A stretch of DNA of 32,000 nt from Pseudomonas aeruginosa. GTDB lineage: Bacteria; Pseudomonadota; Gammaproteobacteria; Pseudomonadales; Pseudomonadaceae. Positions 1-9,624 of this stretch are shown here, one piece after another (within the stretch, counting starts at the first letter, position 1; each line of letters opens with the position of its first letter). Made by a program: the position numbers and the translations under genes. A model generated the notes under the pieces. That model did not search any database. It saw nothing but the letters and a program-made list of their open reading frames with translations, and was not told the origin of the DNA. The stretch covers positions 3,690,001 through 3,722,000 of the forward strand of contig NZ_LN831024.1 of the NCBI RefSeq assembly GCF_001457615.1. Reading direction: 5' to 3'.

Positions 1-1296
1 TGCCAGGTTGGCCTCGGGGAAGATCACCTGGCTCAGCAGGTGATGGATGAAGCGCGAGCGCCCGTTGCGCAGGGTCGGCAGCAGGCCGCTGGCGATCCCC
101 AGGTTGGCGCCGATGCCGGCGGTGTCCTCGTCCAGCTGCTGGGCCAGGTGCGGCGCGCTGGTCAGGTAGAAGCCGCGCAGGCGGCTGGCGCGCTGGTAGC
201 GGTTGCCGGTGAAGGCGAGTTCGACGAACAGGCACAACCGCTCGCCGATCTGGCCAAGCTGGTGCGGGAAGTCCAGGATGCGACCGCGACGCAGGGTATC
301 GCGCTCCTGGTGGATGCGCATGATCACCTGGCTGTTCAGGCGTCGCAGAAGGTCCTCGAACGCCTGGCGCAGGACCGTCACATCGGTGCCGTTCTGCTCC
401 TTGCCGAAGCTGGTGCCCAGAACCTGGTCGCTCTCCTCGCGGCTCAACTGGTCGAAGAACTCGTCGAAGCCGAGCAACTGGTCGGCCTTGCTCAGCACCA
501 GGTAGACCGGCAGATCGAGGTGCAGGGTCTGCTGGATTTCCTGCAGGCGCGCACGCACCTGGCGAGCCAGCGTATCCAGCGCCATCTCGTCGTCACTGAG
601 CAACGTTTCTACCGGAATCGACACCATCACGCCATTCAGCGGCCGTGCGCGGCGGCGCTTGCGCAACAGGCCGAGCAGGGTCGCCCAGGCGCCCCCGTCG
701 ACCTCGCCGTCGGCTTGGGTCAGGTAGCGCCCGGCGGTGTCGATCAGGACGCCGTGGTCGGCGAAGTACCAGTCGCAGTAGCGCGTGCCGGCGGTGTCGC
801 GGGTCAGCTTGCGGTCGATCCGGTTGATCGGGAATTCCAGTCCGGAAAAGTCCAGCAGGCTGGTCTTGCCGCTTCCCTGCGGGCCGATCAGCAGGTACCA
901 GGGCAGCTCGTTGCGCCAGCGCTCGCTGCGACCGCGGTACAGGCTGGAGGTCTTCAGGGTGCGCAAGGCGTCCTTGAAGCGGCTGCGCAATTCCTTCTGT
1001 TCGTCTTCGATCAGACCGTCGCGGCGCAGGCGCTCCTGGCCCTCGTCGCTGTCCTCGACGGCCTTGCGCCGCACTCCGGCGCGCCAGCTGACGAAGACCA
1101 TCGCCAGCCCCCAGACCAGGAACATCAGGCTGATGCTCAGCAACCGCGAGGTCGGGCTTTCCCAGAACTTGTAGTCGGCGACCGCCAGCAGCGGCCCGAC
1201 GAACCACACCAGCAATGCCGCCAGGAGTACCAGCAACAGCGTCCAGACCCACGTCTTGCGCAGGAAGGCGCCGACTTTCTTGAAGAAGTTTTTCAT
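1..1296 (-). CDS. tssM2: Type VI secretion inner-membrane subunit TssM/IcmF, N-terminal 432 codons (gene continues past the left edge)
   Basis: Missing from the ORF track because no stop falls in the window. Hand translation from the ATG at 1296 gives MKNFFKKVGAFLRKTWVWTLLLVLLAALLVWFVGPLLAVADYKFWE..., with N-terminal TM helices followed by Walker A GPQGSGKTS. I checked every codon down to position 1 and found no stop. It lies directly downstream of tssL. Confidence 0.9.
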   Translation of the reverse strand, partial: MKNFFKKVGAFLRKTWVWTLLLVLLAALLVWFVGPLLAVADYKFWESPTSRLLSISLMFLVWGLAMVFVSWRAGVRRKAVEDSDEGQERLRRDGLIEDEQKELRSRFKDALRTLKTSSLYRGRSERWRNELPWYLLIGPQGSGKTSLLDFSGLEFPINRIDRKLTRDTAGTRYCDWYFADHGVLIDTAGRYLTQADGEVDGGAWATLLGLLRKRRRARPLNGVMVSIPVETLLSDDEMALDTLARQVRARLQEIQQTLHLDLPVYLVLSKADQLLGFDEFFDQLSREESDQVLGTSFGKEQNGTDVTVLRQAFEDLLRRLNSQVIMRIHQERDTLRRGRILDFPHQLGQIGERLCLFVELAFTGNRYQRASRLRGFYLTSAPHLAQQLDEDTAGIGANLGIASGLLPTLRNGRSRFIHHLLSQVIFPEANLA

Positions 1297-1311
1297 TTCG
1301 CGTCCCTGTGT

Positions 1312-2181
1312 TTACGAACCGGGCTGTCCTGCCGCCGCATCGAGCGACTGGTAAGGCTGCAGCACCGTGTCGCGTTGTTCGCCGAGAACCCAGGCGAATC
1401 CCGAATACATCACCACCAGGCAGACCAGGGTGAACAGCGCCACCATCCACCAGGGCACGATCCGCACCAGGCCGCGACGCTGGTCGCTGAGCCCCTGCCA
1501 GTGCGGCGACAGTTCGCGCGGCACGTCGCCGCGCAACTGGCGGATCTGCCGGTAGAGCGCGTCGGAAATACCGTCCAGGTCGAGCACGCCGCGGGCCATC
1601 ACCCGGTACTTGCCCTCGAAGCCGAGGGCCAGGCAGAGGTACATCAGCTCCAGCATCGGCAGGTGCTTGACCGGGTTCTTCGACAGCCGGTCGAGCAACT
1701 GGAAGAACTTCTCGCCGCCGAAGGTCTCGTTATGGAAGCTGCTCAGCAGGCTGATCTTCGACCATTCGCTTTCGTTGCCCCACGGGGTGGTCACCACCGC
1801 CTCGTCGACCACCGTGCACAGCACGTAGCGCGCCGCCATGACCTGGCTGTTTTCCACGCCATCCTGCACGGCGCGGAATTCGAAGAGCTTCATGGCGGAG
1901 GTCAACCGCTCCTTGAGCGCCGCAAGGTTCTCCAGCACGGTGCTGTGCTTGAGCCGGACCACTTCCGAAAGCAGTTCGGAAGCCGCCGCCACCAGCGGGT
2001 TCAGGCTGACGTTGAAGGCCTCGCCCGGACGCAGGCGCGCCGCGTAGATCATCCGCTCCTCGAGTTGCTCGAAGCGCGGCGGTTCGGCGAAATCGGTCAG
2101 CGGCCCCTGGGCCGGTACCTGTCCCTGGTGATCGAGGAGGACGGTCTTCTCGTCCTCGTGGTATTCCCTTTCCTTGATCAT
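1312..2181 (-). CDS. tssL2: Type VI secretion membrane subunit TssL/DotU
   Basis: 289-aa ORF between tssK and tssM. It has a cytoplasmic DotU-like domain and a single C-terminal TM helix (WWMVALFTLVCLVVMYSGFAWVL). The gap to the tssK stop is 2 nt. Confidence 0.9.
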   Translation of the reverse strand: MIKEREYHEDEKTVLLDHQGQVPAQGPLTDFAEPPRFEQLEERMIYAARLRPGEAFNVSLNPLVAAASELLSEVVRLKHSTVLENLAALKERLTSAMKLFEFRAVQDGVENSQVMAARYVLCTVVDEAVVTTPWGNESEWSKISLLSSFHNETFGGEKFFQLLDRLSKNPVKHLPMLELMYLCLALGFEGKYRVMARGVLDLDGISDALYRQIRQLRGDVPRELSPHWQGLSDQRRGLVRIVPWWMVALFTLVCLVVMYSGFAWVLGEQRDTVLQPYQSLDAAAGQPGS

Positions 2182-2183
2182 GT

Positions 2184-3515
2184 TCAGTTCCTGATGGCCC
2201 AGAATTTCAGTTCAAGCTCGGAGAACTCGCCGGATACGTGGAACGCGAAACCACCGGAGCGCTCCAGCTGGGCCATGTCCTCGGCGTTGGGTTCGAGAAT
2301 GAAATAGGTCTTGTTGGAGTGGAACGGGATCTGCCGCGGCGCCACCGGCAGCGGCTTGACCCGGATCCCCGGCAGGTGCAGGTTGACCAGTTGGCGAATG
2401 TGCTCGACCGCACCCACCTTGAGATGCGCGGGCAGCCGCTGGCGCAGTTCCTCCGACTCGCAATTGGCACTGGCGGCGAGCACGAACGAGGCGCTGCCGA
2501 GCAGCTTGTGGTCGTGCAGGGGCGAGACCAGGATGCCGTACTGGCGGGCCTGGAGAGGCAGTTCGATGGCATGCTGCTCGAGCACCATCGACAGGACCTG
2601 GCGGATCGCCTCCATCAGCCTGCGGAAGCTGGCGCCCTGGTCGCTGTGCTGGTAACGGCTGTCCAGGCGCGGACGTTTGCTCTCGCTGCCGAAGGTGGCG
2701 AGGTCGCCGAGCATGGTCAGCAGCACCCGGTACAACTGCTCCGGATGCACCTGCTCCAATCCCAGGTAGTGGCGCAGCAGCAACTCGGTGCGATTGATCA
2801 GTTGCAGCATCATGAAATCGCCGACCTCCGCGCCGCCGACCTTGCCATTGGACCGGATACGCTCGGCGATGGTGTCGCCGCGATGGCCGAGCATGCTGAT
2901 CACTTCCTTCAGGCAGGACAGCAGGTAGGCGGATGCGTGGGCGTGGAGGTAGCTCGGCACGAAGTCGGGATCGAGGCTGATCACCCCGTCCGGCGTGGTA
3001 TCCAGCACCACCGCCACCTTCAGTTTGACGTAGGCCTGGTCGCTCTGCTGCTCGCCGAGCAGCAGGCGAAAATCCGGCCGCGCGCAGCTGACCTGCACCA
3101 TGGAATCCTCGCCGGCGTTGGAGTCCGCCACCTCCAGGTCGTAGGCGGTATAGCGCGCCAGGACCTCGGCCTGCTCCGGCCGGCGCGCCTCGATGTGGTT
3201 GCCGGTGACCAGCGGCAGGGCCAGGTAGATCGGCACGTTCGAGGTATTGGGCGGCACGTCGAGGGCGAGCGGCTCGGTGTTGCCGCCGAGTTCGAACAGA
3301 CTGCCGTCGGGCAGTACGCCGGAGGCCTGGCTGATCACCAGCTTGCCCATGTTGAGGAACTGGCGGTCCAGCTCCAGGGCGAGGAAGCCCCAGTTGTAGC
3401 TGCCCAGCAACTGGGTCCGGGCCTTCATCTGGTTGTCGTAGTAGCGGTCGTTGTGTTGCAGGTGCTGCGGGCGCAGCAGCATGCCTTCCTGCCAGACGAT
3501 CTTGTGCACGTTCAT
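2184..3515 (-). CDS. tssK2: Type VI secretion baseplate subunit TssK
   Basis: 443-aa ORF with a typical TssK N-terminus (VWQEGMLLRPQHLQHNDRY). Its start overlaps the tssJ stop as ATGA. Confidence 0.9.
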   Translation of the reverse strand: MNVHKIVWQEGMLLRPQHLQHNDRYYDNQMKARTQLLGSYNWGFLALELDRQFLNMGKLVISQASGVLPDGSLFELGGNTEPLALDVPPNTSNVPIYLALPLVTGNHIEARRPEQAEVLARYTAYDLEVADSNAGEDSMVQVSCARPDFRLLLGEQQSDQAYVKLKVAVVLDTTPDGVISLDPDFVPSYLHAHASAYLLSCLKEVISMLGHRGDTIAERIRSNGKVGGAEVGDFMMLQLINRTELLLRHYLGLEQVHPEQLYRVLLTMLGDLATFGSESKRPRLDSRYQHSDQGASFRRLMEAIRQVLSMVLEQHAIELPLQARQYGILVSPLHDHKLLGSASFVLAASANCESEELRQRLPAHLKVGAVEHIRQLVNLHLPGIRVKPLPVAPRQIPFHSNKTYFILEPNAEDMAQLERSGGFAFHVSGEFSELELKFWAIRN

Positions 3516-4027
3516 CGCGCGTCACCCGCCTTGCCGAGCAATTCGCCGGCATTCAGGATGCCCTTCCGGCCCAGCTTCAGCTCTACCCGGGTCAGCTCTT
3601 TCGCCGTGACCGGCACCACGTAGCGCCAGCTTGCCTCGCCGAGATCGCGGTAGGCGGCGAGCACGCCCACGTAGCGGCTCCCCTCCTCCACGCTGAGCTT
3701 GAGTTCGACCCGCTCGCCGGGACGCAGCTCCAGCTCCTCGCTGGTCACCAGGTCGGGGTCCAGGGTCTCCTTGGGACGTTCGTAGAGGCTGAAGAAGTCG
3801 GCGTTCTCGAACGCCACCGGGTGTTTCAGCTCGAACAGCCGCACTACCACCGGCGACGGCCGGCCATTGAGGTCGGGATTGACCCGCTCGCCGGCGCTCA
3901 GGGCGAGGTCGAGCTTGGTCAGTCTGGAATACGGCGACAGCGTGGAACAGCCGGCCAGCAGCGCCAGGACGGCGAGCATGGCCAGCGCCCTGGCTGGCGG
4001 GATCGGGCGACGAGACATGGCGATCAT
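3512..4027 (-). CDS. tssJ2: Type VI secretion outer-membrane lipoprotein TssJ
   Basis: 171 aa with a signal peptide and lipobox LLAGC-S. ATGA overlaps with fha2 upstream and tssK downstream suggest translational coupling. Confidence 0.85.
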   Translation of the reverse strand: MIAMSRRPIPPARALAMLAVLALLAGCSTLSPYSRLTKLDLALSAGERVNPDLNGRPSPVVVRLFELKHPVAFENADFFSLYERPKETLDPDLVTSEELELRPGERVELKLSVEEGSRYVGVLAAYRDLGEASWRYVVPVTAKELTRVELKLGRKGILNAGELLGKAGDAR

Positions 4028-5217
4028 CCTTGGTGCTCGGTGTAGAGGGTGGAAATCAGGCGAACCTGCTCTTCGTAGGCCTGGGCGAAATCACGCGCCA
4101 ACAGACGCTCGCTCCAATCGTCGTCCTGGCATAGCGACTGGTGGTAGCGACCATAGGCACGCCAGCGGCTGCCCGAGGTGGCCAGCAACGGCCGGCGACC
4201 GTCGCGCTCGAAACGCAGGGCCAGCTGCTGCGGCGAGAAATGCTCAAGGGTCGCGCGCACCGCCGCCCGGCTGGCGCCGAGCAGCGCCACCTGGTGCGCC
4301 TGGAGGTCGCGGAAACTGCGTGCGACGGCCTGTTCGCCACTCAACTGGCCAGGCTTGCCATCCCGTAGCAGATGCCCCAGCGCCTCGCCGGCATCGGCGC
4401 TGAAGCGCAAGGGATTCTTGCCGGTATCGCGCAACGTGCTCAGCGACAGGCGCAGTTCGTTCTTCAGTTCGCTGCGGGTCCGCAGGCTCTGCTGCAAGCC
4501 GCCGATGCACTGCCGCAGCAAACCGGCGGCGTCGATCGCCAGCGCTTCGCGCGCAGCGCCGTCGAGGCCTTCGAGGTCCATTCCCAGGGCCTGGCCGAAA
4601 CGCTGCCAGAAGGCTTCGTCGCGACCCGGACGCGGACTTTCCACGGGTTCCTGCGGAGCCGCCGGGGCGGGCACCAGCTCCGGTACGACCAGGCTTTCCA
4701 TGTCGATCCGCGCGTAGTCCGCACGCGCCCCGGCCTCCTGGCTGGGCTGGGCGATCGCGCTCAGGTCGTCGAGTTCGTAGGCATCTGCACCGTCCTGGTC
4801 GAGCGCCTGCAACGGATCGAGGGCCAGGAAGGCATCGTCCGGAATGATGCTGCCCGCCGGCTGCGGCCGCCCGACGTCCATGGCGAGCTCGTCGGGCTCG
4901 CGCAGCAACCGCGCGCGGATCTCGAAGTCGCCGAGCAGGAAGACGCTGTCCTGCTCGATGCGCTGCGGCTCGCCATGCGGCAGGCGGCTGCCGTTGCCGG
5001 CGCGGATGCCGTTGCTGCTGGTGTCGGTCAGGTAGAACGCGCCGTTGCGATAGCTGACCCGCGCATGCTGCTTGGACAGGTGCCGCTTGCGATCGGGAAT
5101 CGCCCAATCGCACTCACCGCCGCGGCCGATGAGGCCGCCGTTCCTGCCGAAGGTCTTGCTGCATAGCTCTGTCGGTACGAATTGCTTGGCGCTGAGCATT
5201 TCCAATACCAGTTCCAT
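4024..5217 (-). CDS. fha2: FHA-domain T6SS scaffold/regulatory protein (TagH/Fha family)
   Basis: The N-terminal FHA core reads GRNGGLIGRGGECDWAIPDRKRHLSKQHARVSYRNGAFYLTDTSSNGI. A P/A-rich linker and a TagH-type C-terminal domain follow. I trimmed the track ORF (4024..5313) to the ATG at 5217 (MELVLEMLSAKQF), which follows an AAGGAG Shine-Dalgarno. Confidence 0.85.
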   Translation of the reverse strand: MELVLEMLSAKQFVPTELCSKTFGRNGGLIGRGGECDWAIPDRKRHLSKQHARVSYRNGAFYLTDTSSNGIRAGNGSRLPHGEPQRIEQDSVFLLGDFEIRARLLREPDELAMDVGRPQPAGSIIPDDAFLALDPLQALDQDGADAYELDDLSAIAQPSQEAGARADYARIDMESLVVPELVPAPAAPQEPVESPRPGRDEAFWQRFGQALGMDLEGLDGAAREALAIDAAGLLRQCIGGLQQSLRTRSELKNELRLSLSTLRDTGKNPLRFSADAGEALGHLLRDGKPGQLSGEQAVARSFRDLQAHQVALLGASRAAVRATLEHFSPQQLALRFERDGRRPLLATSGSRWRAYGRYHQSLCQDDDWSERLLARDFAQAYEEQVRLISTLYTEHQG

Positions 5218-5234
5218 GAGATCGCTCCTTGCGG

Positions 5235-5375
5235 TCACTTGCCGCGATTGACCGCCTGCGGATCGCCAAGCGGGCGATAGTCGCCGTCGTTGAATTTGTA
5301 GTTGCCGCTGCAACCGGCGAGGCCGCAGAGGACGGCCAGGGCCAGAAGCACGGCGGGCCAGTGACGAACAGGCAT
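5235..5375 (-). CDS. Small lipoprotein, 46 aa (position of orfX in the H2-T6SS cluster)
   Basis: Below the ORF-track size cutoff. Hand translation gives MPVRHWPAVLLALAVLCGLAGCSGNYKFNDGDYRPLGDPQAVNRGK, a signal peptide with lipobox LAGC. It has high GC3 and sits between sfa2 and fha2 on the operon strand. Confidence 0.6.
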   Translation of the reverse strand: MPVRHWPAVLLALAVLCGLAGCSGNYKFNDGDYRPLGDPQAVNRGK

Positions 5376-5463
5376 CAGGGAGTCTCCATGGAAGGGCCGC
5401 GGACGCCGCGCTCCAGGCGCGCGCCCGGCTGGGCTGGTTGGAAGGAAATCTCGATCATGGGCT

Positions 5464-6974
5464 TCAGGTCCGGGGATCGCCGAAATGAATGTTCAGGCGT
5501 CCCATGCGATAGATCAGGGTTCGTCGCGGCAGACCCAGTTCGCGCGCGGCGAGGGTCTGGTTGCCAGCGTTCCTGCGCAGGCAGGCGAGCAGCAGGTCCC
5601 GTTCGATCTGCTCCAGATGCTCGCGCAGCTTGAGCGGCGCCTCCGCTTCCGGGGCGCGCGCAGGGAAAAGTGTTCGGCCAGCAGCACCTCGCCTTCGCAG
5701 AGCAGTACCGCGCATTCCACCAGTCCCTTCAGCTCCCGAACGTTGCCGGGAAAGCCATAGCCGTCGAGCAGTTCCAGCGCTTCCGCGGACCAGCCCAGCG
5801 GCGCGCGGCGCAGGAACACGCAGGCGCGTTCGGCGAAATGCCGGGCCAGTTCGAGGGCGTCGCCCTCGCGCTGGCGCAACGGCGGCAACTCGATGGGAAA
5901 CTGCGCCAGCCGGTAGTAGAGGTCTTCGCGGAACTTGCCATCGCGGACCAGCAGGGCGAGGTCACGGTGGGTAGCGGCGATGATGCGTACATCGACCTTG
6001 TGCGTGTCGTTGCCGCCGAGCGGGCGAATCTCGCCTTCCTGCAACACGCGCAACAGCTTGGCCTGGAGCGACAGGGGCATGTCGCCGATTTCGTCGAGCA
6101 GCAGGGTTCCGCCATCCGCGGCATCGAACAACCCGGGACGATCGCGCTCGGCACCGGTAAAGGCGCCCTTGCGGTAGCCGAACAGCTCGCTTTCCAGCAG
6201 GTTTTCCGGAAACGCCGCGCAGTTCTGCACCACGAACGCCTGTGCTCGCCGCGGGCCGTACTCGTGGATCGCCCGTGCGACCACCTCCTTGCCGGTACCG
6301 GTCTCGCCCTGCAGCAACACGGTATAGGGGTTGTGCAGGACCTTGCTGATCAGGCGGCAGGTCTCACGCATCGCCGCGCTCCTGCCGATCAGCCCGTAGC
6401 CGCTGACCACCGGCGCGCTGGACGGTCCCTGCGGCTCGCCGGAGGGTTGCGAGAGGCGTTGCAGCAGATGCAACTGGGCCAGCACGAACGAGCCCAACTG
6501 GCCCAGTGGATGGGCGAATCCCTGCAGGTCCAGTGGGCGCCGGGTGGCGCAGACCACCATGCCCTCGACCGTTTTCTCCGGGCTCACCAGCGGAACGCAG
6601 AGCAGGGACAGCCAGGGCTGCTCCCCTGCCGGCAGGAAGCCGGTCTCGTGCAGCCGCGACGGCAGGTCGACGAGACTGACCACGCGGTTCTGGCACAGGG
6701 CGAACTGCAGCAACTGCTCGCCGGTGTAGTCCGCCGGCAGGCTCGACGGCTCCAGCGCCTGCAACAGGCCGTCCCGGTATTCGGCGTTGAGGGTGAGCGC
6801 GGTATGGGTCTGGTCGAGCAGATACAGCTGGCTCAGCTCGCAGCCGCTGAGTTCGCCGACTGCGCGTGCGAAACCGCCCAGCAGGGCCGCGATGTCGGTT
6901 TCCCGCGACAGCGCGCCGAACTGAGCGAGCAGGGCTTCGGCGAAGGCCAGGGGTTGCGGTACGCGGCTGAACAT
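5464..6974 (-). pseudogene. sfa2: Sigma-54-dependent enhancer-binding protein (GAF-like N-domain, AAA+ domain, Fis-type HTH) with an apparent 1-nt frameshift before the HTH
   Basis: ORF 5514..7031 carries Walker A GETGTGKE and the GAFTGA loop (YRKGAFTGAERD). The HTH (LREHLEQIERDLLLACLRRNAGNQTLAARELGLPRRTLIYRM) lies in a different frame, in ORF 5464..5715. The frames switch at the C/G run at 5649-5654. The span is 1511 nt, not a multiple of 3. The likely start is ATG 6974 (MFSRVPQPL), 10 nt after the clpV2 stop. Confidence 0.8.
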
Positions 6975-6984
6975 CGCACCCACC

Positions 6985-9618
6985 TCAGGCGAACTCGCAG
7001 AGCACGCGGCCGTGCTCGCCCAGCGTCGCATGGACCCGCTCGAGACGCTCGTCGCGCGCCATCGCTTCCAGCAAACGGTCGGCCACCAGCGGCAGCAGGT
7101 GCGTGTCCAGCAGGTGGTCGATCAACCGTGCGCCGCTGTCGCTCTGGGTGCAACGCTCGGCCAGGTGGTCCACCAGCGCCTGGCTGTAGTCGAAAGCCAG
7201 TTGACGGCGGGCCAGACGCTCGCCGAGGCGTTCCAGCTTGATCTCGATCAGCTCGCGCAGTACCGGGCCGCCCACCGGGTAGTAAGGCACCACGCGCATG
7301 CGCGCCAGCAGCGCCGGCTTGAAATGCCGGCTGAGCGCCGGCCGGATGGTTTCCTCCAGGAGTTCGGCGGAAGGCCGCGCGCCGTCCTGGCAAAGCGCGG
7401 CGATGTGCTCGCTGGCGAGGTTGGAGGTCATCAAGATCAAGGTATTGCGGAAATCGATCTCGCGCCCTTCACCATCGTTGGCTACGCCCTTGTCGAAGAT
7501 CTGGTAGAACAGGTTGAGCACGTCCGGATCGGCCTTCTCCACCTCGTCCAGCAATATCACCGAATAGGGCTTCTGGCGTACTGCCTCGGTGAGCATGCCA
7601 CCCTCGCCATAGCCGACATAGCCGGGCGGCGCGCCGATCAGGCGCGAGACGGTGTGCTTCTCCTGGAACTCGGACATGTTGATGGTGGTGATGAAACGCT
7701 CGCCGCCATACAGCAGGTCGGCCAGCGCCAGCGCGGTCTCGGTCTTGCCCACCCCGCTCGGGCCCACCAGCAGGAACACGCCGACCGGCGCATCGGGCTT
7801 GTTCAGCCCGGCCGCGGTGGCGCGCATCGCGCGGTCCAGGGCGCTGACCGCCTGTTCCTGGCCACGGATCCGCGCCCGCAGGTCGTCGGCGAACCCCATC
7901 ACCTTGGCGTTGTGTTCCCGCGCCAGTTGTTCCACCGGTACGCCGGTCCAGGCGCCGATCACCTCGGCAACCAGGCGCGGGCAGACCTCGAAGCTGACCA
8001 GCCGCCCCTGGGCCTGGGCATCGGCGAGCGCCTGGCGGGTTTCGTGAAGGGCCTTTTCCAGGGCTTCGACACCGCCATGCTCGTCGGCCGGGAAAGCCTC
8101 CGCGTCCGCCTCGCCGCCCTGCTCTTCCCGGTTCGCCTCGCGGGCCCTGGCCAATTGCTGGCGCAGGGCGAGCAGGCGCTCGGCGAGTTCGCGCTGGCGG
8201 CTCCACTGGTCCTCCTGTACGTGCCGCTCGCTTTCCGCCTGGGCCAGGCGCTCCTCCAGCGCCTGCAGGGTATCGTGGTCGATCGGCAGGCCTGCCTCGG
8301 CATCGCGGCGCAGGGCCTGGCGCTGGCGCTCACCTTCGGCCAGCTCGCCGCGCAGGCGCTCGAGGCTCTCCGGCGCCGCCGCCAGGCTGATGCGCACCCG
8401 CGCACAGGCGGTGTCGAGGACGTCGACGGCCTTGTCCGGCAACTGGCGACCCGCCAGGTAGCGGGCGGACAGTTCGGCGGCGGCCACCACCGCGTCGTCG
8501 CGCAGGTAGATACCGTGGCTTTCCTCGTAAACCCGGGCCAGGCCACGCAGGATCGTCACCGCCTCGGCAACGCTCGGCTCATGCAACTGCACGGGCTGGA
8601 AGCGCCGGGCCAGCGCCGGGTCCTTCTCGAAATACTTCTTGTATTCGGCCCAGGTCGTCGCCGCGATGGTGCGCAACTCGCCACGTGCCAGGGCCGGCTT
8701 TAGCAGGTTGGCGGCATCCGAGCCGCCGGCCTGACCGCCCGCGCCGATCAGCGTATGGGCCTCGTCGATGAACAGGATGGTCGGCCTGAGCGCTGCCTTC
8801 ACTTCGTCGATGACGCCTTTCAGGCGCCGCTCGAACTCGCCCTTCACGCTGGCACCGGCCTGCAACAGGCCCATGTCGAGGGACAACAGCTCGACGTCCC
8901 TCAGCGCCGGCGGCACTTCCCCTGCGGCGATCCGCGAGGCCAGGCCTTCGACGATGGCGGTCTTGCCGACGCCGGCCTCGCCGACCACGATGGGGTTGTT
9001 TTTCCGCCGACGGGCCAGGATGTCGACCATCTGGCGAATAGCCCCGTCGCGACAGAGCACCGGATCGAGCTTGCCGTCGCGCGCCTGCTGGGTAAGGTTG
9101 TGGGTGAAACGCTGCAACAGGGACTCGCCGCCGCCCGGCTTGCCGCTGAGCGCGCCCTCCAGCGGCTGCGAGAGCGCGAAATCCTTCAACCGCTCGATGT
9201 CGAGCCGCGCCAGCAGCGGCTGGTAGCGGCTGCCGGCATAGCGCAACGGGTTGCGTAGCAGGGCCAGGATCAATGCTGCCTGGTCGATCTGGCTACGGCC
9301 CAGTTCGAGGTTGGCCAGCAACAGCGCATCCTGCAGCCACTGCACCAGCTCGGGCGCGAACACCGGATTGCGCGAGGCACTATGCTCGCCCCGCGCTTGC
9401 AACGCGGCGTTGAGTTCGCCGGCGTCCACCGCGGCATCCTGCAGGGCGCGCGCCAGCAGTCCCTGGGGACGCTCCAGCAGGCCCAGCAACAGGTCCTCCA
9501 CCAGTACCTTGCTGCCGCCACGGGCTACGCAGCGCTCGGCCGAGCCTTCGAGGTCGCGCCGGGTGTCGGCATCCAGCGCCTGAATCAGTTGTTGCAGGTC
9601 TACGTTGATCATGCTCAT
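6985..9618 (-). CDS. clpV2: T6SS AAA+ sheath-recycling ATPase ClpV/TssH
   Basis: 877 aa with ClpB-like architecture. It has two Walker A motifs (GEAGVGKTA and GPSGVGKTE) and a coiled-coil middle region. Confidence 0.95.
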   Translation of the reverse strand: MSMINVDLQQLIQALDADTRRDLEGSAERCVARGGSKVLVEDLLLGLLERPQGLLARALQDAAVDAGELNAALQARGEHSASRNPVFAPELVQWLQDALLLANLELGRSQIDQAALILALLRNPLRYAGSRYQPLLARLDIERLKDFALSQPLEGALSGKPGGGESLLQRFTHNLTQQARDGKLDPVLCRDGAIRQMVDILARRRKNNPIVVGEAGVGKTAIVEGLASRIAAGEVPPALRDVELLSLDMGLLQAGASVKGEFERRLKGVIDEVKAALRPTILFIDEAHTLIGAGGQAGGSDAANLLKPALARGELRTIAATTWAEYKKYFEKDPALARRFQPVQLHEPSVAEAVTILRGLARVYEESHGIYLRDDAVVAAAELSARYLAGRQLPDKAVDVLDTACARVRISLAAAPESLERLRGELAEGERQRQALRRDAEAGLPIDHDTLQALEERLAQAESERHVQEDQWSRQRELAERLLALRQQLARAREANREEQGGEADAEAFPADEHGGVEALEKALHETRQALADAQAQGRLVSFEVCPRLVAEVIGAWTGVPVEQLAREHNAKVMGFADDLRARIRGQEQAVSALDRAMRATAAGLNKPDAPVGVFLLVGPSGVGKTETALALADLLYGGERFITTINMSEFQEKHTVSRLIGAPPGYVGYGEGGMLTEAVRQKPYSVILLDEVEKADPDVLNLFYQIFDKGVANDGEGREIDFRNTLILMTSNLASEHIAALCQDGARPSAELLEETIRPALSRHFKPALLARMRVVPYYPVGGPVLRELIEIKLERLGERLARRQLAFDYSQALVDHLAERCTQSDSGARLIDHLLDTHLLPLVADRLLEAMARDERLERVHATLGEHGRVLCEFA

Positions 9619-9624
9619 CCATCC

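Noticed and set aside
40-2307. Very long plus-strand ORF (755 aa). Similar long ORFs lie antisense to the T6SS and MCP genes: 2238..3623, 5670..7241, 7012..8703, 11439..12464, 12535..14772 and 27384..29360.
   Set aside because: These are the stop-poor antisense or off-frame reading frames expected in roughly 65% GC DNA. Their products are low-complexity A/G/R/Q/L-rich strings with no motifs, while the opposite strand encodes recognisable T6SS or MCP proteins.
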